Shown piece by piece: positions 1-19,674 of a stretch of 64,000 nucleotides of DNA. Source of the DNA: Azolla caroliniana. Taxonomy: Eukaryota; Plantae; Polypodiophyta. Numbering within the stretch: the stretch's first letter is position 1; each line of letters opens with the position of its first letter. The notes under the pieces were generated by a model that was not told the DNA's origin, made no database searches, and saw nothing but the letters and a program-made list of their open reading frames with translations. A program made the translations under genes and the position numbers. The stretch lies in NCBI GenBank assembly GCA_043228905.1, contig JBHGNT010000016.1, positions 5,828,001-5,892,000 of the forward strand. Direction: 5' to 3'.

Positions 1-250
1 ATCACAGAATCGCCCACCTCCCTTTTTTAGTACTATATGCTTCTCTCTCTCTCTCTCTCTGATTCTCGTACAATACTGCACGAAAGACGCCGAGATTTGA
101 GCATCGAGTTGGGTTTTCTCTCCTCTCAATTGGGCTCTTCTTCAAATATTAGGGTTCCTTGCTCACGCAGTGGATTAGGTCGTGTGTGTGTGTGTGTTTC
201 TCTTTCTTCTTTGATCCTCTCTTTATTTCTTCTTCGTTGGATCAGCTTCT

Positions 251-4385
<4,135 letters not shown>

Positions 4386-5108
4386 ATCATTATTTTGTTT
4401 GCAAAGAATTTCAAAGGCAGGCTATTCTGTTTTATAATTGACATTATACATGAATGGCTGATTCAGAATAATAGCAATAATGCATCATGGTGGCATAGTG
4501 AGTAGTTGTTCTAGCCACAGTATTGAAATTTATCAAAGCTGTATTGTATGTTGGAATTTTCTGTAAAGGACTTCAAAGGCTTGAATTAAGTTGAAGGTTC
4601 TGTTTCTTGAAATTCTCTAATCGCATCTTTTGGTAAATTTCACACAGAGGATGCGCTCCTGTTTCTTTTATTAATCTTAAATGGCAACATTAATTACTTT
4701 CATTGCGAAATTTCCTACTTGTGATAGTTTTAACGGAAACATGTTTGATTTTTATATACAGATTCGCACCTTATTCCTGCTCATTACGTGTGTATTTTTT
4801 AGGGTATGCAGTCAGTATACGTGTTAAATTTTGTTTAAAATATAAGTGGAGGTATTTGGGAATTCTATTTTTCTCATGTTTAAAAATTTGGGGATATTCT
4901 TTTAATTTCCCAGACACATCAGAGGATATTCTGGTAAAGTTAAAATAGTTGTGAGCTGTGGAGCTATATCTTTGTGTTTTGAATATATGTATTTAAGTAT
5001 AAGTTCCATAAAAATGTGCATGAATGGCACATGAGGATCACCATATTGAAAGCTGTATATAGCTCATGGTTGCACTTGGGATCAGCAAATTATTCTAGAT
5101 TACACCAT

Positions 5109-5320
5109 TCTTTTGTGAAGTTATCATACCTCAAAGAGTTTCTTTTGTGAAGCTATCATACCTCAAAGAATTGCTATAGTTTTAACTTTTGGCAATGTTA
5201 ATTGTGAAAAGATTCTCCATCTCACCTTTGACCGTGTTATTATACCTCAAAGAGTTGCTATAGTTTTCAACTTTTAACAATGTTAATTGTGAAAAGATTC
5301 TCCAACTCACCCTTTGACCA
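5109..5320. repeat. Short tandem duplications between the two CSY 3' ends
   Basis: TTCTTTTGTGAAG(T/C)TATCATACCTCAAAGA occurs twice, and an ~85-bp unit (ATACCTCAAAGA..TTGCTATAG..CAATGTTAATTGTGAAAAGATTCTCCA..CTTTGACC) occurs twice. Confidence 0.7.
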
Positions 5321-5994
5321 TATAATCATCTCCATTTTACCACATCCTTTCATACGCATCATAATTGTCTCAGCAACAAGTCTATATGCCATGGAAGTAA
5401 AATTTTGTGTTCTTACACACCAAAAAACTGCATCTTCACCTTCCAAGTGTTTCTATTTTGCTAGGTCAGATGTATCTTTGATTCATACAAAAACTTTAGT
5501 GAATGGAGATGTGAAGACTTTAGTGCATTAGTTATACAACTTGTCAGAATTCATTTACAGATATGCCCACCATGCATTTTGTTATATATCCCATGTATCC
5601 TTAAACTTCTTGACACGTGATGTACGAATGTTTCAATAACCATAGTACAACTTTGCTATATCCCATGTATGCTTTAGCTTCTTCACATATGAAATTTGAA
5701 TTTTTCAATAAATATAGTGCATAGGTGATCTTGGCTCAAGGCCTTTGTTTATTTTCAATAGAAGAAAACGGCTAGCTTCTATACTCCATACATCTTGTAT
5801 ATCCCATTCCATCAGCTTTAAGAGAGACAAGATTGACATGTCTAAAGTCGCTTTTGGATGATATTGAGCATAATTTTTTTTGCATATTATACAATTAGAA
5901 CTTCAATGCGCTCAGATGGATAATTAACAAATCCATTAATGTCCAATAAAAGAATTTCGGAATATAACCTCCTTAGGTTGCAACAAAGTAAAAT

Positions 5995-10119
<4,125 letters not shown>

Positions 10120-10519
10120 GGGAAGCCGAATCAAAAGAGAGAAAGAAAGAAAGAAACGGATTCGATTTCTCTGAGTGACGAAGAAATCCTGCCTTCTTTT
10201 TCTTCTTCTTCTTTTTAGGAAGAACCCAATTGGGAAGAGAGAAAACCCAACTCCAGTTTCAAATCTTGGCGTGTTTCGTGCAGTATTCGGGCAACAATTC
10301 AGGGAAGAAGGCGAGATTTCCTGATCGAAGAAATAAAAGAAACAGGGGAGGAGAGAGAAAGAAAGAAAGAAAGAAAGAAACAGGGGAGGAGAGAGAGAGA
10401 GAGAGTTATGTTATAATTAGAACTTAGAAGAAGTCAAGTACATAAGCTCAAAGTCCATGGCCTTATCTCTAATCCTTTTGCGTGCTTTTTTTGCTTTTCT
10501 TCATAAACTGGATTCCTTC

Positions 10520-10527
10520 GCCACGTA
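10520..10527 (-). promoter_or_regulatory. ABRE/G-box-like motif (TACGTGGC) about 400 bp upstream of CSY copy 2
   Basis: Exact PyACGTGGC match on the minus strand, with TGGGCCCA (site II/TCP-like) at ~10552. Short motifs; function not shown. Confidence 0.3.
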
Positions 10528-10559
10528 TGCCGCCGCCGCCGCCGATAGCTATGGGCCCA

Positions 10560-10740
10560 GATTCAGCTCGAACCGAACCGAAACCGTTACGCCATGGTTT
10601 AACGGCTCCAAAATAATAAAATGGTTTGGTTTGGTTTGGTTTGACTTACTAGTAAACGTTTCGGTTTTAGTTTGGTTTGGTTCCAAAACTCGGGTATAGG
10701 TTTAAGTGGTTTATTAGTTTTTGGTTAACTTATATTTTCC
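10560..10740. mobile_element. Possible DNA-transposon (hAT/MITE-like) subterminal remnant
   Basis: Clustered AACCGAACCG and TTTGGTTTGG repeats in opposing orientation, as seen in plant hAT-derived MITEs. No TIR or TSD resolved. Confidence 0.35.
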
Positions 10741-13700
10741 CCTTAATGGTTTAATTGATGTTTAACTTTTTCTACCGCCACCACTCCTTCAAGTCCCTTC
10801 AGCATCCGCCACTACTCCCCAGCTTTCAAACGTTCCTCCCTCGATCCATCATCGATACCCAACCAATCAATTCTCGTCTTCGTCATTGTTTGTTGCATTA
10901 CCAGATTTACGATGAAAGCCCCCTCAGTCTCCCATAGAGTGCCCATCACATATCCCTCTACTTCTACTTTGTGCTCTTTGGCGTGACATGTCCATACCCT
11001 AGCATCACTCTAGGTAGGACATTTCTTGGACGAATACACTAGTGGCATAAAAGGTTGGGTCCTATCATGATGTTAACGTGTCCCTTGACACCTCGATTTC
11101 GGAAACCATTTTCATTTGCTCCACAAACATTTTCATTCGAGCGGTTGATAATATATTCGTAATATTCTATGTGCCACGACTCATAGACGATCCTGCAATA
11201 TGTACATCCAACTTACTTCTGCATCACCAACAATACATGAAAAACAAATATATGAACGATCTTTGGGGGTAGGGGGGCCATATAATTGCATATACACATC
11301 CTTTTCCTTGAGTGTTTGCACTTCTATAACTTTGATATTGTGTCTGTGTCCATTGTAAACACAAGGAGTTACAACACAAGGAGAATGACCTTTGGAAAAG
11401 ACGACGATGACAAGTGAGAGTTGTACAAGTTTCTAATGGTGTCACGTGTTGATAATGGACACCTTGGTCACATGCCTTCAAGTTTTATGAGGTAAAAACC
11501 TACTCGTATTAAAAAATGGTTGAATGATTTAGCAAATATGATATTTGATATTCCCTTACGATTATTGTTCTTCGAAATGTCTTTGCTTAACTTCTTGTCG
11601 TGATTGATAGACAAAAAAGAGAGTTTGCACTAAAATCACCCATGAGAGATGTGCATGATTTCTTGGTGGGATTATTTTCCCGTCGACCATCTCATAGTGG
11701 GAGGCAAAGTTCAACTTAGTTTGGTGGCAATAAGCTGCAAACAAGTATTTTACAAACTTAATGTTTTGCTTAGATGCAAGTCTTTAGTGTGTGGCTTTTA
11801 AAAAAAAAGGTTGAATTGTATATTGGTAACCTCAAATTCAACTTCTTTGAAATGATTGGTAAAGTTTGAAAATTCCTTGCATATATATATTTCAAGATAT
11901 TTAGTCTCTCGATCGAAATACTAAACCTGCATTTGAATTGCAAGCCAAGCATGGATATTATAAGGATGCGAAGGCAAGTAATCGTTAGAAGCCACAAACA
12001 ATCAATAAATGCTCTTAGTCATGATTTGCAATACCCTGCATCCAAAGTTCTTTATTGCTACGTCACATTGCCCAAAAAAGGATAAATAACTTTCACTTCT
12101 TGACTTTTGATGCCAACATTTTAAGGCCAATTTTTAGGAGCATAGTGTGTATGCATGTAACCGCATTTATGAAAGACATATAATGAACTTGACATATAAT
12201 GCATTGCTTGAGACTTGAACCCAACACTTACACATCGTAACTATGCCTAATGTTACAAAATTGTGCCAACATACATAATTTGGAAATTTGAATGACATAA
12301 CCACAGGATTCCACAAGCAAAAGTGAGTATGGATATCTAAAGCCTTTTATATTATATGTAAACGTGATGCTTTCATATTGTACTTTTACCATATGGTGGC
12401 AATATTTATCTGCTTCATTCGTACAATTGCACAATGTCTTACATGCATATATTATCGACTAAAAAAAACTCTCAAGCACATTTCTTATGATTGACAATGA
12501 TAAAAATTAAAATAGAGACCGTCTCAATTTGAACCAAATACCTCCTTGTCAAAAGTCCTTAGGTACAACATAAAGACATAAACATCTACTTATACGCCAA
12601 CATAGAATCAACCTAAATTCCAAATATTGCACATTAACTCATCAACCAACCTCGTATCGCAAAAGATTATCCATAAACTCGAGTTTGATCTCGCATCATA
12701 ATGCAAAATAGTGACATGCAAGTCTAATGTTGTCTTCATATATGGAACAATCAAAGATAAAGAGGTGAACATATGCATAATGTGTGTGAATCTATCAAAC
12801 CAACGAATGTAGTTTTGGAATATATGTGACATGTGGCATTACACATGTCAAGTATGACCTGACCTTTGCATGCAAATGTATACAAAGGTCTTTCGTTAAT
12901 TTTGTTATAGATAATTCGCAAATCCACTAAGATCCAAAGAGTTGTTTTTATAACCAACCATGCAATGAAAATACATGACAACTGACTTGACACGTTTTGC
13001 ACATGAACTTGACACCCAAATGTACATAAACTTCACTTACTGCAAATTTATTGTGAGAGAAATGATCAAATACTTGTCTCGTGTTAGAAGGTTGTTTCTA
13101 TACACACTTCCTCTGGGAAAATGTCAAAAGTACAAACTTACGTGATGGATTGTTACGTTTGTAGGATATTAAACTTTGTAGTTTTAATCTTTAAGCAATT
13201 TTCATGATGTGTTTGTCACTAGTTACTCTTTATATAGGAGGTCTTCTCTACTCAATGATATAATGTGTGTGTATATATATATATATTGAGATTATTGAAT
13301 GCGATACAAATTTTCCTAAGTTGATTCGGGTGTATCAAATACGTTTTCTTTCCAAGGATAATATCTCAGATTGTTTGTTGGTTTTAATGGAGATGACATT
13401 GGAGGCATGCCCTAGTTTTTTGCAAAACATTACCCATCGGTTGTGGATGATTTGAGGGATGACTTCACATTGTTAATTTTAATCACGAGAGGTTGACACA
13501 CATTTCAATATCTCTAGGACTTTGAACTTGTGGACATTATCAAATTATTGTGATTAGAAACTTATTACCGTTGTTTGTGGAATCCGCAAATGCTTTGCAT
13601 TCTAACCCCTTTCCATGTCTACGCTTTTGGTGAATCCTCAAGATTCAATTGAGTATGGTTCCTTTATTTGGAAGCGAGCACATAACATGCATTTTTCTAA

Positions 13701-13796
13701 TACACACCATCATACTTTTCTTTACTTAAAGATTCGAGCATATTATGGTAATTTCCCTGTATAAAAACTCTTACTATACTTGTTTTTTATTGTTCG

Positions 13797-13888
13797 ATGA
13801 AACTTTTGATAAAACATTGTTAGTTGTTATCCGAGGTTGGGTGGTGAAACTTTTGATAAAACATTGTTAGTTGTTATCCGAGGTTGGA
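13797..13888. repeat. ~46-bp tandem duplication
   Basis: TGAAACTTTTGATAAAACATTGTTAGTTGTTATCCGAGGTTGG is present twice head-to-tail. Confidence 0.8.
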
Positions 13889-16800
13889 TGAATGCAGTTA
13901 GAAACACGATATGTTATACAAAATCTTTCAACGTGAACAATAATGCCTTTTTGCGTCACATTATAGACTTTTTTAGGTGTTGAAATCTTAAATTTTATGC
14001 ATATAGTAACCATAAAGCTTGTGTTTCTCAACATTAAGGTTCTACGATTTTAAACGATTCATTGGCTACTATGTTGTTATAAAAACCTTTGTTACCAGTC
14101 TCGGATCATGTACATTGACTGTTTTCTCTCGAGAAACTCCTCCGCCAAATTGACACATGCATAACACAGTGCCTTTATTAAAAAGGAGTGCTAGCAAATT
14201 GTCGATGACGTGAGAGGGGGGATCATGTGGAAGGTTGATATTGCCATATAAAGGAGAATTTAACAATACTTTTTTCCTGATAAACATAACCTTAAAGCAA
14301 CACTATTACTTTCAATCATTGCGCATTCAAAAGCCATTTGCAATGGCATAACTTTTTGGAGCATGATCTCAACACTAAAATAAACACCTACGAGATAAAA
14401 CTTATTGGTGCTACAAAGATAATAAAAATTAAAATTTGGGAAATTAAAATTTTGAAAGAAAATAAGACAATAGTACATTTTTTCACGCTCAAAATCCAAA
14501 CCTCTTGTTTTAGGAGTTACATATATGTTACTCATATTGGTAATATATAAAGCCTATGGTATTGCAAACATTTTTTCCAATGCCAGATTTTATATTTTGA
14601 TTACTGGAAATATTGCTTTGGTAGTATTGCCAGTTAATCCAACTTTAGTCAAGTCCTTTTGGGATATACGATATTATGATGATTAATGTTCTTATTTAGA
14701 AAGAGATGCCATGAGATAGGAATCGAGTGTATCAAGAACAGCATGAGCATCCATTGCTAAACTTACGATATTAATGCACGAGCTTTACTACCCTCCATCA
14801 CATTCATATGCTTAAGCTTTAAGAATTCTAACAATGTAAGCTCATGGATCTCAGAGTTGCCATTTATTACGCCAAATTGTTGGGCATGTCTAAAGGGTGT
14901 TGCATACATGATACAACATATAAAGGCAATGTTCTCATGTTGTGCTTCAACATGTAATGTCTTGTATCTCGTACATAGTATGAACCATACGTACAATACA
15001 TGCATTCGCATTCGAGAATGTTTCAATCATTTGAGTATGGCAAACACACTCGAAGTATGGTAAATACCATACTTTTGTATTCATTATTTATTTTAAGGTA
15101 ACTTCTTTAAGGGTAAGAAAGTAAAGGTAAAAAGTGTAAAAAAAATCACAAAAATGTTTTGATAACATACGCATTCGTATGAAAAAAAATGGTTGCCACT
15201 TCATTTGAGTGTATTACGTCCTACGAGATTCTCGTATGTCAATAAAGGTGCTTAAGAATGGTTTTGAATGAGCCCTTCTAGAACATTTAAAGACACTCGA
15301 GGAAGTTTTGAACAAATTGGTGTCACTTTGTAGTCTAGAAGTCTTAAACAAACACAATATGTTTTGGATGCAATTTATGCAAGGGAATAATGCGCCTTAA
15401 TAGAACAAATGTCATTTTCGTAACGCAAGAGCAATCCTTGTGCCTTTGTATTCCCAACTCTTATTATTTTCAGGCGAATGCTTTCTACTCCCAATAGGTT
15501 GCACATTTGTCTAAAAGTTCTACACAATGTGATATTTTATCTCGAGATACTCCAAGTGCATCCTAATATTTGTCATAAAGCTCCACACGTTGCAAATAAT
15601 TTATTTAGTTTCATCCCGCTAGTCATCTAAAGCGTTTCTTCACCGATGATCTACGACTATTTGGTGTAAAAAGTAGCTATCACAATTTACAAACTTTTTC
15701 TACCATGTTTTTATGATCTATGTAAGAACAAAAAGACCAAAATGCTATCCACCTCAACTATCGATTTGTTTTGATATGTGAGGCATTGTTTCCACAAATA
15801 TCCCTCACATACACAAAACGAAACATACATTTCGAGCATTTTTTTAGTTCTTTGACATGCTAACCGAGGAAGATGGAAGGACGACTACTCTGAAAGGAAC
15901 ATTGAATCCTCATCTCATGATGGATATAGGTACCTTTGCAAACTCACGAACATACACACAGTCTACGAGAGTATGTGCATGTGGGTTGATTTGTCTACAT
16001 GAGTGGATTGTTTAAGTAGCTTTGTTATTCCCTATGTGTCCAAGTTAATAAACTTGTTTATATTATGCGTGCAATATCGTGTACAACCCATTGTGTTTAC
16101 ATCTCTATCATCAAAGTGTTTATGTTTGTGCTAACTCTACGTTATACATCTCTATCATCTTATGCTAGTTTGTAGTCAAGACATCGAACACGAGAAGCCT
16201 TCAATTCTGAAAATAGGATGCATAATTATTTTGTACTAGAATCTGCAATAAAGGATCGTGTGAACATGGATCAAACATGGGCATTCTCGAATTTCATATT
16301 TGTGGCAAAAACTTGATTTTTGTTATGAGATAAAAGAAAACATCATAATGTTACAATCACATGTGCTATAAACTTATATGTAATAAACTCGATCGTGTTT
16401 TAATTTTCAATATCCCTCTTATTTGATGCACCACTTTGATGATCATACTATGCACTTGTAGACCTCAAATTGGAAGCTAAAGAAAGGATTGCTTAAATGA
16501 ATCATTCTATTCATGCAATAGATTCATAGTCTCTCGTATGAACCAATATGCTTTACATAGCCTACCTAAAGAGATACATATTACAAGCAACATCTACATG
16601 CCACTTTAAGAAAACAAGTGTCAACTTCAAGTTTAAAGCAACAACATATAGAATCGTATCTAAATATTTTGATTGTGTCGTGGTAGAAAACAAAATACAG
16701 GCCAAATGCATATTTTTTATAATGAATGAACTGGAATTATGATCGATCGACGATGTTATCAATGTGGTAGCTCGTATTAACGGTTGAATAAATTAGCATA

Positions 16801-18779
16801 CACCGCTTTTCCTTGAATGCCATTAAAAAAAGCACAAGCAATTCATAATAGCCGAGTTGAATCGACAATAAATTCCAATATCGCATCGATCCTTTTTGCA
16901 TGCAGATAAAGTTACCATTTACACTTGGCGATTATTTCTTCGAATAACTTCACGAGCCAGTCCTTTCTCAATGTACATATAAAGTGAGTAAGGAAGAGTT
17001 GGCCTTATGTAAATGTGTGTGTATATATAATATACGTGTGTATGTGTGTTTGATTTACTTTTATTGTAAAAAGTTGTCGGAAAGCCTTGAAGTAAGGAAG
17101 AATCGAGTTGTGCGGAATTTGGTGCTTATAAAAATGGATTTCTCAATTATATCAACTTCATTATGGCATGGTTCTTTCTAACTCTGTGATCATTTTCAAT
17201 AGTAGTGTAACCATGCTAGCCATTATGTTTTTTTGACTCGAGACATCAACTTTGGGATTTTGAATCCCAACTTACAGATCATCATAGTTCTTGCAATTTT
17301 GTTCAAAATGGAAGTACATCGTTATAGTTTGCTAGGGGTCCTTTACGCGCACAACCAAATAATGGTATTTGGTTATGATATTGTAACAAACAAATTTGGT
17401 TGAAATAAAACTTCAACTTGATATCGGTAGGAAACATTTGCACTTTTGAACATGATTATATTAAATCGATTGTTGTGAGATTTTATTCAAACTTCTATGT
17501 TTTGATCACCATATAAAGTTAGGAAGAGACATTTGATTGACTTGTTAGGTTTGTTTACTAGCATTTCATGTTAATGTCAAGATTGTAGACATTCTCCAAC
17601 TCTCCTACTCTATTTGTCACATGCCAAACCATATTATGTTTACACAATTATAATTATTATAGGCATTTGTTGATTGATGAGGCATAATTTCGGCAAAGGA
17701 TATTGGAGCAATTTGACATTGGGACAATAAGTAAAGGACATGAACTTCTTGTTTTAAGTTAAATTTCAAGATAGGATTTCCAAAGCTACCAAAACAATCA
17801 CTACACTTGGAAAAAGGAGGAGTAACATACAAAGGACAAGTCCAAAGGGGAATATTCCATGTCGTGGATCATTGGACTCTCACCCCTTGTATAAGCTAGA
17901 GAGAGTTTTCACATGGTACATACTATTTTTTGTATAGTGATTGAGAAGGATACCCATCAAATACGCTTAGACATGACATTTACCATCATTAACAAGGGAG
18001 AAATTATCACTCTTTTATTGGTTTGCTCAAAGAGCTAGAGCTTTCTACCTTTTCGCTATTGTGTAAGGAAGTGTTTGATTACCTCATGTATTAAGGGGAA
18101 GGGGGGTAGGTGGAGTCTATGGTACAACCAAAGTATGAGGAACAAGTTCTTGTTGGATGTCTGGTCTTCCTTTGGAATATCACGAACGAGAGCAAAGGCC
18201 AATAGGAATGGATTAAACTGTATTTTGTAAGAGGAGTTTGGCTTTATTTTATGTTAGTGATTGTTCGAGCAGATCGTCTCTATTTGGAATTATGTACAAC
18301 ATCTCAGAGGTTTTGGTTTACGTTTGCCCAAGAGGTTCTCAACTATTTTATGGTAAGAAGATACCGAGAGCTCAGGACGGACGAGAAACATGGAAGAGGG
18401 ACAAAAGAGCCAATCTATACATGAAGATAGATAGATAGATAGATAAGAGTCTATTATCGTCTTCGGAGGTCAAATTAATCCCGACATTCCATAGTGGCAT
18501 TTAGTAAAATAAGAGACATGTATGATTTTGAACCCAATATATCGGGGTAGTAGCATAACAACTTGTTACTAGGATAAGATAATTTCACCAGAGAAAATGT
18601 ATATAGACAATGGATGTCGCTTAATTCGTACCATTACCCAACGGGGACAAGGAGGTCATGGGTTCAACCCTTGCCTTTCACAATGGCATCTAGTAAATTA
18701 AGAGGATGGATATTATGCATGGAGTCATTAATAGAGAGAGGACGAGGAAGTCGGGGTTTCAAACTTAAAATCATAATGT

Positions 18780-19215
18780 TAATAGTCTGAATAACTTACC
18801 ACTAATTACGCTTAATTAAGATCGAGACACAATGTAAATAGTCCGAATAATTTACCACTAAGGTAAAGCTAAGTAAGGCATAGTCCTATTAACTCGCCAC
18901 TACTTAAGCTAATTAAGGCATAGCGCTATTAACTTACCACTAAGGTAAAGCTAAGTAAGGCATAGTGCTATTAACTTGCCACTAATTAAGCTAAGTAAGA
19001 CTAAGACATAGTGTAAATAGTTTGAATAATTTACCACTAAGGTAAAGCTAATTAAGGCATAGTGGTATTAACTTGCCACTAATTAAGCTACTTAAGAATA
19101 AGAGATAGTGTAAATAGTCTGAATAACTTACCACTAAGGTAAAGCTAATTAAGGCACATAGTGCTATTAATTTGCCACTAATTAAGCTACTTAAGACTAA
19201 GGTGCAGTTAATTAA
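18780..19215. repeat. Composite minisatellite immediately upstream of the SRF gene
   Basis: Roughly nine copies of a CCACTAA-based core in two alternating subunit types: AACTTACCACTAAGGTAAAGCTAATTAAGGCATAGTGCTATT and AACTTGCCACTAATTAAGCTA...TGTAAATAGTCTGAAT. Confidence 0.8.
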
Positions 19216-19674
19216 GACAGAGGAGGCAGGCATCTCATCCCTGTGTGTCTCTCTGTCTCTCTGTCTTTCTCTCTGTTCTCAGAGAGAGAAAGACTGCTAC
19301 TCCTGCTGTCTTTCTGATCATCATCATCTCAAATAAGGAAGGAGAGAGAGAGAGACAGAGACAGAGAATAGAGAGAGAATAGAGAGAGAGAGAGAGTGTG
19401 TGTGTGTGTGTGCCCCCCTCCTCCTCTCTCACTAGGCATTTCTCTCTTCATCACTCTCTGATCATCATCATCATCAGAGAGAGAAAGAAACGTTGGGTGT
19501 GTGTGTGTGTGCTGCAGAGGAAAGGACAACCCATCATCACACCCACTCAAAAACCCAATTCTTCTTCTTCCTCTCCCTCTCTCTGTTCTCCTGAATCTAT
19601 CCCTATTCTCAGGTGCTCTTCCTTTTTTGCCATAGCTGATTGAGCGAGAAAAAAGGAGAAGCTTCAGAGCTAAT

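Noticed and set aside
11037-17200. Possible decayed CACTA or other DNA transposon (CACTAG at 11037; RLVDELM..IWNLG fragment near 12620-12660 on the minus strand)
   Set aside because: No matching opposite terminus or convincing transposase motifs could be read; a profile-HMM search would be needed.
19398-19643. 81-aa ORF upstream of SRF as a uORF
   Set aside because: Starts at GTG within a (GT)n microsatellite and has low complexity; no conservation evidence is available.
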